Shown here: positions 23,871 to 36,925 of the stretch, piece after piece
How positions within the stretch are numbered: position 1 is the first letter of the stretch
How the letters are laid out: each line of letters starts with the position of its first letter
Source: Felis catus
Taxonomy: Eukaryota
Length of the DNA stretch: 64,000 bases
Direction: 5' to 3'
Assembly (NCBI RefSeq): GCF_018350175.1
Contig: NC_058368.1
Location: forward strand, 218,490,001-218,554,000
Program-made: the position numbers and the translations under genes
The notes under the pieces: model-generated
What the model saw: the letters and a program-made list of their open reading frames with translations, nothing else
Told to the model about the DNA's origin: nothing
The model's database searches: none

Positions 23871-25869
23871 AATAGGAGTAGCAGTACATAATATATTTAG
23901 ATGGCATGAGCTTCAAAGAAGAGAAGATAGAGGAAGAAAAGTAATAAGGAAGTGCCAAGGAGAAATGATAAAGATAAGTAATCCATCTCTTGCCCTGGAG
24001 CGTGTGAAAAATGACTAATAAAACAAATCCCACTGGAAAGGACTGCAGCACATTGGATGGTGCATAGTTCTCAACTGGGTGAAATAGGTAAAGGGAAGAT
24101 TCAAAACAGAGGATGAGAATATAGAGGAGTTTGGGGATCACTTATTTTGTAGTCTAAAAAAGCACAGTAAAACTTTTGTCAGGATGTAAAGCCTTGGGGA
24201 AATGATTCACATCAGGTGCTATACACATTGGTATGAGAATGACAGTTGCAGGGAAATAGATGACCTGAAAAACAGATTTCTGTTGTAGAACAAAATAAAT
24301 AGGTAGGCAAGGCAAGACTGCTTGATTGCTGAGGCTTTCATAAAGGCAGGGCAGCTGGTTCAATAAGTGGTTTTGAATACTCTGTTCCCAACAAAGTTAG
24401 TGATACTTGGAGTGAACATATATTTTCTTGTTAGATTAATTTAATGCTTAATCTATGAAGAAATTGATTTAGACAATCAACCAATAGGAGAAAAGTAATA
24501 CTTTCATAAATTATCCTTTGCTGGGGCAATTTCTTTGGGCCATTTCCATTATAAATTCACTATAAATTCACAATGGTTTATAATAATACTTGCAAATAAA
24601 ATGCATTGTCTCAGCTGTAAAATAAGATTAATTATTTCTAAATTGTGTTGAAGTCATATGATTTTATTCTTTTGTTCAAGGCTGGGTGGCAAATTGTTTT
24701 TTGCTTCTATATTCCTTGTTTAATCTCATTGGAAAATCAATTATGAAATTGTGAAGAGCTGAAGACTATGGCCACAGAATTTTTTAAATGTTGATGGTGA
24801 GGTCTGATAGCTAAACAGAACAACTAAACAAAGCAAAGGAGTACTTATCAAATCATTATTCCCCTGCTTTAATTGTTTTTTATATTCTAAGTTAATGAAT
24901 ACTTTTGAACCACAAATTTCCTCATAAATACCACTGAAAGGGATGCAACGGTCATACTGTTTACAAAAAAGCAAATAATTGACTCTACCTCCTTCATCAG
25001 AATCATATGAACCTCGCATTTGTATTTTGATCTCTGGCTGCTGCAAAGGAGGTTATTGGAGTTTCTCATATGCCCTCATGGATTCCCATTACTTCTATTT
25101 CCTTTTACCCCTTCTATATTATCTCCATTGAATGACTAAATGAAATACTATGTGATATTTTCTCCTGATATTAACCATGGAATTGTCATAATAGATGGGA
25201 AAAATGATCCAAATCTGAAACGTTAATATCAAATGTTAAGTCCCTATCTAATTTCTTAATGTTGGATCAGTTCATGTAGTGTTCAGTCACACTACAGACG
25301 ATTGCCAGTGACTTAGACAAGCAATAATAATTAACTCAACAGATATCAGTGTGAAGAGAGTTGCATTAGGAACCATGGCAAACTCAGTGGAGCAGTTATG
25401 GTTTATTTAAGGTTGGTATTTTTAGATGGAGAAGCTTTGTTTGTTTGTTTGTTAGAAGCAGGCATGGACCTGGTCAGCATTAGAAAGAAAACTTATAGTA
25501 ATCTACTGCTCTATATTTTAAAATTAATTTATTTTGATGGACATTTTAATTAAAGCTAATGATATTTTAGTTAAAGCTTGTGCCCATTTTTTTCAATCAT
25601 CATATTTTTTGCCAACTGCATTCAAAACTTTTAGGTTGTAGATGTGGCTACTAGTATCTGGATTGGAGAGGGAAAAAAACTTTATTTAAACAATGTAGTC
25701 AGGGAACTCAGTGACTGGATGATTGGTAGAATATTAAGACACGTTTATATTGATTAATTACATAAGATATACTGGGCTACTGGTAAAAGGTAATTGAGTG
25801 TTTCATAAAGGTGGGGAGACAGTTTTAGTCTATAGAGTATGGACTAAGAAGCATGATAAAAGATGATAA

Positions 25870-26497
25870 CAAAATAACTGTCATTATTTACAGATGATAG
25901 AATCCTTTATATATGAAACTCTAATTTATTTCAAGTGCAGAAGCATTATTTTATAGGCACAATAATTTTATAACAAAATTATAATATTCTATTAAGAAAC
26001 ATTAAAAAACTTAAAAAAATTAATTAATAGGTAGTTTTAATACCATTCAGATGCTAATTATCTCATAACTGACTTATAGATTTAATGGAATTTCAATCAA
26101 GAGGCTTAATAGAATTTTACACAAAAATTGATATTCTGATTCTAAATATATTATGTGAACGACAATATAGGCCAGAATAACTAGGCCACTTCTGAACAGG
26201 AGGAACAAGGGATAGTGATTTGCTATTACAGAAATTAGGACTTATTGTGAAGCTATAGTAATTAAGATACCGTTGTATTGCTATTGCAGAAATAGATATA
26301 CTATTTTATGGGTTCTTCATACAACCAGAAATAGTGGTATGAAGAATGCATACAAAGATCTAAGTTCTCTGGAACTTTATCTTATGAAATGTGTTGCATG
26401 CCATTATCAGTGAGGAGACGTAGTGTTTCTTAACACATGGAATTAAAAAAAAAGATTATGTGGCAAAAAATAAATGTATATAGTGAAGGCACACCAC

Positions 26498-26540
<43 letters not shown>

Positions 26541-27045
26541 CACTCATATATGTAAACTTAAAATATATTAAAACCTAATATGGTTAAAACCACCTTTCAA
26601 ATTTCTGAATAGGAAAAAGGTGAATATTGAGGTAGGAAAGTATTACTTTAAATTACCAATTAAAAGAAGAATGTATGAAAATTTTATTATATTTAAATCA
26701 AGACTTCTTCTCATAAAAAGACACCCTAAGGAAATTTCATAAAAGATGTTATACATTTGCTAAGGATATTTGCAATTTTTAAAGCCAAGAAACAATTATT
26801 ATTAAGAATATCTAAAGTACTCTTACAATTTTACAAGAAAATCAGAAGGAATAAAAAAGTAAAAAAGTGGTTAAAAAGCATTAACAGACATTTCTCACAA
26901 AAAAAGAATCACATATGGCCAATATATGCTTGAAGAGATATTCAATGTGTCTAATTCAATGTGTCTAATGATCAGAGAAATTCAAAACAATACAATCATC
27001 AAATAAAATTTTATACCCATTTAATTGGCAAAAAATAGAAAGCCC
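25870..27045 (+). mobile_element. Old L1M (L1ME-like) ORF2 remnant
   Basis: CTGTCATTATTTACAGATGATAGAATCCTTTAT encodes LSLFTDDRILY (RT FADD motif); downstream ORF2 landmarks colinear. Confidence 0.8.
26500..26552. repeat. (TA)n microsatellite
   Basis: Read directly. Confidence 0.9.
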
Positions 27046-27578
27046 TATATTAGTTTTCTATTGCTGCTAATTAAAAAAAATACCACAAACCTAGTAACTT
27101 CAACAACATATATTTATTACTTCACAGTTCTGGAGGTCAGAAGTATGAAATGGGTGTCACAGGGCTGAATTAAGGTTTGTAGAGTTATATTTTTTTCCGG
27201 AGTTTCTATATAATTTCTAAAGGTTACCTGCACTCTTGCTCATTAGCTCCCTTTGTGTTCAAAGACAGCAATGTTTCTTGGGTCTTTCTCACATGGCGTC
27301 ACTCTGACTTTGACTCTTGCCTACAATGTCCACATATAAAAGGACCATGTGATTACACTGAATTGCAGACAACTGCAGGCAGCATATATCACCAGCATAT
27401 ATCACCATTAGAAATAATTCAGAAAAATCTCCTATGTTAAAGTCAGCGAGTAGTTATCTTCATTCCATTTCAACCACATGTCTCCCCCTTCCTTGCCATG
27501 TAACATAACATATGCATACGTTCTGGGGATTAGAAGAATATGGACAACTTTGCGGGAGCCATTGTTCTCCCTATCACA
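27046..27578 (-). mobile_element. MLT1D-like LTR inserted in L1M
   Basis: TATTAGTTTTCTATTGCTGC...CACAGTTCTGGAGGTCAGAAGT...TTCTGGGGATTAG...CCTATCACA. Confidence 0.85.
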
Positions 27579-27900
27579 GTATCCAATAACAAGTGCTGAA
27601 GAAGATGAGAATTCATAGTCTTTTTTATGTACTGCTAGCTGACTGTTAAGTGGCAAAACCATTTCATTAGGATGAAAAGAATTATATGATAACAAATAGC
27701 CTCATTATCTTAATAATTTAACAAGCTAACAAGTTTATTTCTTGATCAATACAATATCCACTCTAGAAGAGATTGTAAAGATGTATACTTAGAAAACCTG
27801 CACATCAATTGCACTCTTAGATTTATATCTAAAATAAATGTTTGCTTATGTATTAAGAGGCACATTTACCAGCTTGTGAGAGCTGGAAGAAAACACCCAT
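27579..27900 (+). mobile_element. Continuation of old L1M after MLT1
   Basis: CAATAACAAGTGCTGAAGAAGATG...AATTGCACTCTTAGATTTATATC. Confidence 0.6.
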
Positions 27901-28367
27901 GAAACTATAGTATACTCACACATCGAATACCGCATCTCAGCCACATGAATAAAACGCAGTGTATCCCCAAAATGAGTATTACATTTCAGCCAAAATGAAT
28001 GAACCATGTAAGCCAAAAAGGCAAAATAATGTTCTGGGGAAATGACTTGTTTCACACTGTATCAGATTTCAATCTTATACGGGGAAAATCATAATCATTC
28101 TTTGTTAAATAAAATGCATGTTTATAAAAGAAAAAATAAGAGGAAATAATTCATATTAATAAATTTTAAGACAAAATTTCAGGCATCGTTTTTGCTTTGA
28201 AGTCCTTCAGGAATCATGCCCAGGTAACTTGTGTTTGCAATCTACCTATGTCTTTTTCACATACTTCATTGCATTAAGTTGATATTGTTTTCTCCTGAAT
28301 CTTTATCTAGACAGAGAGCTCCTGAAAGTATCTAATTTGTGTTTCTTTTTATTTCCAGCTTTTAAAC

Positions 28368-28574
28368 CATGGGTATATAAATTTATTATGTCAAAAAATT
28401 ATTTTGCTAGCCCCATAGAGTCTGTGCCACAATCACTAAATTCTGATACTGTAGTCTGGAAGTAGCAATAGACAATATATAAGGAATGGCTTTGGATGTG
28501 TTCAAATAAAGCTATATTAATAAAAGCAAGCCAGTGAATGCATTTGGCCAAAGTCATAGTTTGCCAAAGGCCTG
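28368..28574 (+). mobile_element. MER58A (hAT-Charlie)
   Basis: ATAGACAATATATAAGGAATGGCTTTGGATGTGTTCAAATAAAG...CATAGTTTGCCAAAGGCCTG; orientation nominal. Confidence 0.8.
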
Positions 28575-28939
28575 TCCTAGAATGACCCCTTATACCCTGT
28601 GGACACAGAAGTGTGTTGCTGGATTAGATAGCTGATAGGTAAGTGGTTTACACTTGGAACTAATATGCATTGATTCATGTTGTTACAATTGAAATGGTTT
28701 AATCAAAATGTGAGCCCACAAGCAAATTAACAAGAAAATGAGACTTCAATTCTGTCTAATTTTTTTAAACCCATACTGTAATTTATAGTGACATGAAATA
28801 ACACGTGTTCATATGTGAATATGTGTTATAGTATGTCTTCATGGCATCTATCTACTAGTTTTTTATTGACCGTGCAGCATTATATAAACCATTCCAGAAA
28901 GAATTGTGAACAACACATGCGCTACCCAACTTTCTTTAA

Positions 28940-29410
28940 TTTTTGTATTTTTCAAACTTTTTTTTTGTTTCAAGTGTTTATTTAAATTCTAGTTAGTTAA
29001 CATATAATGTAGTATTGGTTTAAGTAGTAGAATTTAGTGATTCATCACTTACATATAACATACAGTGCTCATCTTAACAAGTGCCCTCCTTAATACCCAT
29101 TACCCATTTAGTCCTTCCCCTGCCAACCTCCCCTCCAGCAACCCTCAATTTATTCTCGATAGTTGTGAGTCTCTTATGGTTTGCCTCCTTCTGTTTTTTT
29201 CTTCCTTCCCTTATGTTCATCTTTTTTGTTTCTTAAATTCTACATATGAGTGAAATCATATGGTATTTGTCTATCTGACTGACTCATTTCCCTTACCATA
29301 ATCTACTCTAACTCCATCCACATCACTGCAAATGGCGAGATTTCATTTTTTGATGGCTGAGTAATATTCCATTGTATATATATACCACCTCTTTTTATCC
29401 ATTCATTAGT
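28940..29410 (-). mobile_element. Carnivore L1 3' end
   Basis: T-rich tail, TAGTTAGTTAACATA, CATATGAGTGAAATCATATGG; degenerate TSD GCGCTACCCAACTTTCT / GCCCTACCCTATTTTCT. Confidence 0.93.
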
Positions 29411-29650
29411 GCCCTACCCTATTTTCTAATGCTAATTTTATATATACGTATAAACATTCTACATGTGGTCAATCCTGTTTTCTCATTTTTTAAATTTTTA
29501 ATGTTCTATTTTATTCATTATTTTGGTTGTGTGTATTGCTTTCTCCTTCTGTTTAGTGATTATATTGTTTGCTTGTTTATTTCATTTAATATTTGGAGAG
29601 TCAACCAAGTCTGTGGGAATCCCCTCATAATTCTCTAAAATATCTCAGCA

Positions 29651-29702
29651 ATATCTATCTATATCTATATCTATATCATCTATATCTATATCTATATCTA
29701 TA

Positions 29703-29743
<41 letters not shown>
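29651..29743. repeat. Compound (TATATC)n + (AC)18 microsatellite
   Basis: Read directly; pure AC run 29707-29743. Confidence 0.95.
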
Positions 29744-29744
<1 letters not shown>

Positions 29745-30346
29745 CCTGAATTATATCCTTAAATATCCTTAAATTAGGGATAAATATGGTTTCTTTATGG
29801 TGTTCCTAGCTCTTCATCAGGTTATGTATGGTAACTACTAAGTAATAGTTTTCTATTTTTGCTGCATATCATAAATTGATAAAGAAATATATATTATAAA
29901 ATCAGGGCACTCAGGTATTTTATTCTACTTTTCTCTATTCTAATATTGGTTATTTTATTCCATCTTTAAAATTCAGGACACAGTACATTATGTGATTATA
30001 TGATTGAAAAGCTAAATATAATCCTCAGTTTGAAAATCACTGTTACAACACATAATGATATAAAGTTAGTGGTGAGAGTCTTTTTTACATACTACCCATT
30101 AAATAATTTTGTTATATAGCATTCACTTCTATGTTTAAAAATAAGATTGTAAAACTTATAGAAAATTGAGAAGTTTTGAATTAAATCAGAAAATCCTGGG
30201 ATTAATAAGAAAATGACATCTTCTATTCTGCTTTGAAGATAACTTCTGATTGACTTCATGACAGAAATTTCAATTATTTACCACGTAGTTCCTTTATAAA
30301 GCTTTTTCAATTTTCGTAGTTGTCACTACTACTTATATTGGGGGAT

Positions 30347-30631
30347 ATTTATTACCTTATTTATTTACTTATTTTATTTATTTATTTATTTAAAAAAATG
30401 TCAAATGTTTTATTTATTTTTGAGAGAGAGACAGAGAGACAGAGAGAGACAGACAGCAAGCAAGGGGAGGAGCAAAGAGAGAGAGGGAGACACAGAATCT
30501 GAAGCAGGCTCCAGGCTCTGGGCTGTCAGTATGGAGCCCAACATGGGGCTCGATCCCATGAACTGTGAGATCATGACCTGAGCCCAAATCAAGAGTCAGA
30601 AGCCCAGCTGACTGAGCCACCCAAGTGCCCC
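30347..30631 (-). mobile_element. Can-SINE
   Basis: Perfect 15-bp TSD CTTATATTGGGGGAT (30332-30346, 30632-30646). Confidence 0.95.
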
Positions 30632-30664
30632 CTTATATTGGGGGATTAAAAATGATATACTGAT

Positions 30665-30826
30665 GGGGCGCCTGGGTGGCTCAGTTGGTTAAGTGTCTGA
30701 CTTCTGCTCAGATCATGATCTCACAGCTTGTGAGTTTGAGCCCCATGTCAGGCTGTGTGCTGACAGCTCAAAGCCTATATCCTGCTTTGGATTCTGTGTC
30801 TCCCTCTCTCTCTGCCCCTTCCCCCA

Positions 30827-30876
<50 letters not shown>

Positions 30877-30922
30877 AGTAATAAAAGTAATAAAAGTAAG
30901 TAATAAAACATTAAAAATTTTT
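30665..30922 (+). mobile_element. Can-SINE with expanded (CT)n
   Basis: Perfect 15-bp TSD AAATGATATACTGAT (30650-30664, 30923-30937). Confidence 0.95.
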
Positions 30923-30937
30923 AAATGATATACTGAT

Positions 30938-31830
30938 ATTACTATACGGTTACCATATGATCTGGCTATCATACTCCTAGTTATTTACTCAAATTTACTC
31001 CATGTTTATTGAAAACTTATGTCCATATGAACCTGCCCATAAATGTTTATAGATTTATTCATATTTGCTAAAACTAGGGACAACACAGATGTCCTTCAAT
31101 AGAAGAATGGATAAACAAATCATGGTGTGTTCATACAATGAAATATTATTCATACAATAAAAATAAATGAGCTATTTAGGATGCCTGGGTGGCTCAGTTG
31201 GTTAAGCATCCAACTTAGGTTCAGGTCATCATCTCATGATTCATGAGTTCGAGTCCTGCATTGGGCTCTGTGCTGACAGCTCAAAGCCTGGAGCCTGCTT
31301 CAGATTCTGTGTCTCCCTCTCTCTCTGATCCTCCCCTGCTCACACTCTGTCTCTCAAAAATAAATACACATTAAATAATTTATTAAAAAAATAAATGAGC
31401 TATCAAACCACAAAAAAAGAAGGAAGAACCTTAAGTACATGTTGCTAAGTGAAAGAAGCTGGTTTGAAAAGGCTACACACTGTACAATTACAATTATATG
31501 ACATTTTGGAGTAAGCAAAACTATAGAGACAATAAACTGATCAGTGGTTGTCAGGAGTGGCAGGAGATGGAGTGAAGAGAGAGGAGAAGAATAAGTAGAA
31601 TACAACAGATTTTACGGGCAGTTAGAATATTCTGTGTGATACTCTATCGGTAAATGCGTGCCATGCATTTGATAAAACCTAAAGAATCGTGAAACACAGG
31701 GTGAACCCTAATGTTAGTATGGACTTACATTGGTTCATTGATTGCAATAGTTACCATATCAATGCAATACCTTTATAATAGGACTAAATGAGAAAGGGAA
31801 ATGGAGTAAATGAGAATATTCTACACTTAA
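30938..31830 (+). mobile_element. L1MC-type 3' end, interrupted by a SINE
   Basis: AAATGAGCTATCAAACCAC...TAAGTGAAAGAAGC...GAAAAGGCTACACACTG...GTGAACCCTAATGT. Confidence 0.88.
31178..31386 (+). mobile_element. Can-SINE
   Basis: TSD AAAAATAAATGAGCTAT. Confidence 0.95.
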
Positions 31831-31882
31831 TGAATTTTTAGAGTTTCTTTTGCACTTTAAAAATTCATTAAGTGAAGAACAT

Positions 31883-32076
31883 TTTTATTTTTTAATTTAT
31901 TTTTTCAAGTTTATATTTAAATTTTAGTTACTTAACATACAGTGTACTATTAGTTTCAGGAGTATAATTTAGTATTCATCACTTCCATACAACACCTAGG
32001 GCTCATCGGCCATCTTAATCCCCATCACCTATTTCACCCCTCTTTCTGCCACCTCCCCTCTGGTAAACCTCAGTTG
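31883..32076 (-). mobile_element. Very short carnivore L1 3' end
   Basis: TSD TAAGTGAAGAACAT (31869-31882) / TAAGTGAAGAGCAT (32077-32090). Confidence 0.92.
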
Positions 32077-32689
32077 TAAGTGAAGAGCATGTGAAGGTCC
32101 CATAAATTACTCTTGAATTACAGGGATGATAACAGCATGATTCTCACCGTAAATGTCTAAGTCTTAGAGATAAGGCTACATGAGCCAATATACAAGGATA
32201 TTCAGGTGCCCTTGGCCTATGAATCCTAGAAAAGAAGGGCAATAATCTTATAATCCATTGTTTCAGGTAAACATCCCCCCCAAATAAAAAAACGACAGAA
32301 AATGAAAATGTCCCAACCTATGCATCATTAAGGTAGCTGGTTCACATGGAATTAGGGAAAGACCCTAATTCAGTTGAGCTAAACCTCAGTGCTCTGAGTC
32401 ACGTGACAAGAAAAGAAGGGAAGAAACAGTTGCCAAAGTGAGTTTTCTAGGACTCCAGGTACAAGGCCTTGGAATAGAGGCTGTAAAACACAACATTCAG
32501 CCTTTCCCTTTGTATTACAATTTAGGGGATAAACCATCCCAAGGAAAATAGGTCAGGAAATCAAGGAATGTTCACCCCATGACTTGGGAACTTTCTAAGA
32601 ACTTACTTTCTAGGAAATTTCTAGGAAAATCACTAATATTTTTAGTAAACTCACAGAGCCAAATCCAACTTTAGTCATTAAATATACAT

Positions 32690-33530
32690 CAATAGAAAAT
32701 ACACATATGTTGTTTCCTCTTTGATCACAAGTCTTAACAATGAAAAGAATATTTTAAAAATAAAAATGTGTTTTCTAACTCTTGTGAAATAAAGCTAGAC
32801 AGCAATATAAATTAACTGAAAGTTCACATACATTTGGAAATTAAACAACACACTTCAAAGGAATATATGGGTCAAAGAAAAAACAAAACAAATATTAAAA
32901 ATATATTTTGAACTGAATGGCAATTAAAATGTAACATATAAACAACAGTATGATAAAGTTGAAAATATGAGTGAATGGAAATTTACAGCCATAACAGCTT
33001 ATATTAAAAAAGATGAAAAGCTAAAAATGTTTAGAATTCAAAAACTAAATAAAGAAAATATGAATAAAATTGTAAGAACATAAATAATTGAAATAAAATA
33101 AAAAAACAAACCTACAATAGAATGATAAAAGCAAGATTTCATTACTTGAATGAAAAAGAAAGCATTCAAAACTGACAATGATATTTAAAAATCACAATAA
33201 TTTTATAATTAAATGAATATATTATGAACATTGTGTCAAAATACTTAAAAATTTAGAAAAAATATAAGAAAACTTATAATTTACCAAAACCAGTAAGATA
33301 AAATATAAATTAAATATATAATTAAAAACATAGTAATAATAAAACTTCCCTCAAGAGATCTTCAAACCGAGGTGGCCTGACAGTTAATACAATCAAATAT
33401 TTTTAAATTAATTATTTTAAGTTTGAAAAATCAACTCTAGAGAATAAAAAAAGTAGTTAAGTAGTCAATTGTTTTAGCAAATTAATAGAAAATTGATACC
33501 AAAACATAAAAATAAAATACTATAACCAGA
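32690..33530 (+). mobile_element. Old L1M ORF2 remnant (end of endonuclease onward)
   Basis: TGGAAATTAAACAACACACTT...TGGGTCAAAGAA encodes WKLNNTL...WVKE. Confidence 0.8.
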
Positions 33531-34297
33531 TATTCTACTGAATATAGGTGTAAAATGCAGAATAAAATATTATGAAATTAAATGTAACAATATTATATAA
33601 AGGATGAATTTTTTGTAGATGGCATGGATTAGTATCTTTCATTTTTAATCTAGTCTGACAATCTATTGTAGCTGGAGTGTTTAGATCAGTCATAGTTAAA
33701 GTGATTATTGAAAACATTGATTAAAATTTATCTTGCTGTTTTAACATCCCGTTAGTCATTTCCTTTTTGTTTATTCTATTATTCTACCTACCCTAAGTTT
33801 GATTCAGCATATTTATTCTTATTGATATTATCTCTCTTTTGAAAAATTTTAATGGTTATTTACATTTACAATATATATTTTAAATAATCTGAGGCTACTT
33901 TCATTATTATTCTGTTTCATGCGTAGAGAACCTACCTTAGAATATTCTCAGTTCTGCCCTCTAATTCCTTCTACTATTAATGTAATACATTTTTTAAATG
34001 TATGACACAAAATGCATTATTAAAAGTTATCCTTTAAATAGGAATATTTTGTTGTAATTCAAGTTATTTTTAAAATTACCCTCAATTATTATATTTCCAA
34101 TAATCTTTATTTATTTGTTTATTTATTCCATCTACGTAACGAACTTTGGTTAGCATTTCTTCTTGAATAGGTATGCTGACAATGACTGCTCATTTTATTT
34201 GAGAAAATCTTTTATTATTTTTCTCTAAAGAAAGGTATTTTTGTAGGCATAAAAATTTTAGCTTTCTCCTTAACATCATTTTAAATATGTTATTCCA

Positions 34298-34507
34298 GGG
34301 GCACCTGGGTGGCTCAGTCAGTTGAGTGTCCAGCTTTGGCTCAGGTCATGATCTCCCAGTTCATGGGTTTAAGCCCCGCATCAGGCTCTGTGCTGACAGC
34401 TCAGAGACTGGAGCCTGCTTCAGATTCTGTGTCCTCCTCTCTTTCTGCCCCTCCACCACTCATGCTCTGTCTCTCTCTCAAAAATAAATAAACGTTAAAA
34501 AAATTTT
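34298..34507 (+). mobile_element. Can-SINE (SINEC_Fc-like)
   Basis: Full length; TSD ATGTTATTCCA. Confidence 0.95.
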
Positions 34508-36104
34508 AAATGTTATTCCATTGTCTCCTGTTTGCAATATTTTGATCAGAAATATTATATTCCTTAATCATGTTCTGCTGTTTATAACACATCTTTTTCT
34601 CTAGCTACTTGTAATTGTTTCTTTTTGTCTTTGAGCTCTATAGTTTGACTCTGATATGCCTAAATTTGGGGTCTTATTATTTTTTTTTTCATTCATCCTT
34701 TATGCATGAGGTTCTTGTATCTGAACTGTGTCTGTCATTAACTTTGGAAAATTTTTGTTGCATATTTCTTTTTATTTGTTCACTATTTATTCTGTCTTTT
34801 TCTCTATTTCTTTATAGTCTTCTGAGATTCTAATTACATGTATGCAAGATCATTTGATATTATTCCACAACTCTTAGATGCCCTTTTCTCATTTATTTAC
34901 TCTTTTTTCAGTGTTTGAGTTTGTATATTTCTACTGACATATATTCATGTTCAACCCAATTATTTAACTGACTATAGTAAGTCCACTCATGAACCTAATA
35001 TACTTTAACTCAGTATCTTATTTTCAAATTCTTTGCATTCCCTTTTGATTTTTGTTAACTTTCCATCTCTCTGCTGAAATTACTGACTTGATCTTGCATA
35101 CTCCTTATTTTTAATTAGTTTTTGGTTTCTTTTATTTTCTTATTTACTATCTGATAGCCCCAATATCTGTCATATTTGGGTCTGATTTTAACAATTTCAT
35201 TGTCTCTACACACTGTGTTTTTTCTTACTTTAGTTTATGCCTCAAAATTTGTTGTTATGTAGGACAGTAGATGCTGATTATATACACACACGCATACAAT
35301 GCTAGGATTTGAACATATCTTCCTTATTCCAGGCCTTCATTGTATAGATTTAGGTTAACATAATTTGGGCTATTTTTAAAGTTTATTGTTTCTCTCATTA
35401 CGTTCTCATTTGAAGTCCAGAGATTTCAAAATTATACTGATGTCTTATGTTTTGGAGGTGAGCTAATTTTCCTAAAGTTGTCTCCTATTAACTTCTCCCT
35501 GCTTATGTGTTTCCATTTGTGCTAGTCCTAAAAGAGAATCTGTTTCTTGCTCCTTTCAGTTGTATTTTTTCCTATTTTTCCTCAATACTTTTAATAAGGT
35601 GGTTGGACAAGTTAAGGGAGTGTTCTTTGATGTTCTGATTAAGAATCAGTCTTAGAAAGACACACTGACTCTTGGTGATAGAATGTGTCCTTCATCAGTA
35701 TTTTTGTACCTGTTCTTGATAATACTGCTAACTGGCATATATTCAAGCCCATCTCCTAGACATAGTTTTGGATTTCGCTCTTTTGCCCCCACTATGCAGC
35801 TTAAGTGGTTTCCACCACTGCCCTTAAACTACAGTTTTTCCTCCTTTCCCCTTCTCCCCCCATCATTCAGAAATAGGAGAGATAGGTCACAGTAGATTGT
35901 TGACAGTACTGCTGTTCCCTTGCTCAACCAGAACTATTGCCTCACAGGAAGTTTTCTCAGTGTTCTTGGTGACTCTCCTGGTAAACATATAGCGTTTCCT
36001 AGGAGTAGGTGTTAAATTTTCCACATCTATGATCCCCTAGGGGCTTCACAGTTATATTCAAATCTATAAACATACTTAGCACTTTGTTAACAATCTCTAT
36101 CTTT

Positions 36105-36122
36105 TAAAGTTTATTTATTTAC

Positions 36123-36196
<74 letters not shown>

Positions 36197-36330
36197 ATGA
36201 ATGGGAAGGGACAGAGAGAGGGACAGAGACAATCCCAAGCAGACTTTGTGCTGTCAGTATGGAGCCAGATGCAGGGTTTGATCTCACGAACCACAAGATC
36301 ATGACCTGAGCTGAAATCAAGTGTCACCCC
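36105..36330 (-). mobile_element. Can-SINE with long (GA)n and deleted A-box region
   Basis: (GA)n 36126-36196; head shortened to AAATCAAGTGTCACCCC; TSD ACAATCTCTAT. Confidence 0.92.
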
Positions 36331-36667
36331 TCACAATCTCTATTTTAATCATCACACTGGCATATATGCTTCATGACATTTATCACAGGTAATAAAATGC
36401 TCATGCCCTTTTGTTCCCCATGAGTTTCTGTCTCTGGATTTCATTTTTGGTCTTGTATTCATAGTTCTCTGTTGGGTTCCAGAAAAGCTGATCATTTTCC
36501 ATTTGTCCAGACTTTCATTTGTAAAGCTGGAAATGACATACAAGTCTGCTCTCTGCATCTCCTAAATGAAATGCAAATTTTGTGATTGTTGATTAAGAGT
36601 AAAGTTATATCACATTAATGGATTCTTTTGAAAATTCAAAATGTCATCATTCATTCAAAAGTTTCTT

Positions 36668-36908
36668 TTTTTATTTTTTTTATTTTTTTCTTTAATTTTT
36701 TTTCAACGTTTTTATTTATTTTTGGGACAGAGAGAGACAGAGCATGAATGGGGGAGGGGCAGAGAGAGAAGGAGACACAGAATCGGAAACAGGCTCCAGG
36801 CTCCGAGCCATCAGCCCAGAGCCTGACGCGGGGCTCGAACTCCCGGACCGCGAGATCGTGACCTGGCTGAAGTCGGACGCTTAACCCACTGCGCCACCCA
36901 GGCGCCCC
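36668..36908 (-). mobile_element. Young felid SINEC_Fc
   Basis: Many CpGs retained (CCCGGACCGCGAGATCGTG, GACGCGGGGCTCG); perfect TSD TCAAAAGTTTCTT. Confidence 0.97.
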
Positions 36909-36925
36909 TCAAAAGTTTCTTAATA

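Larger units (their letters stand above)
33570..36590 (-). mobile_element. Old L1M antisense block (ORF2 start, inter-ORF and 5' region), interrupted by SINEs
   Basis: ORF 33535-33717 SIITLTMTDLNTP...CHLQKIH resembles ORF2 N-terminus ISIITLNVNGLN...CCLQETH; T-rich downstream sequence; far boundary uncertain. Confidence 0.65.

Noticed and set aside
26941..26970. Short perfect tandem duplications (also near 24550, 27380, 39786, 57785)
   Set aside because: Ordinary 10-14-bp slippage duplications, mostly within decayed repeats
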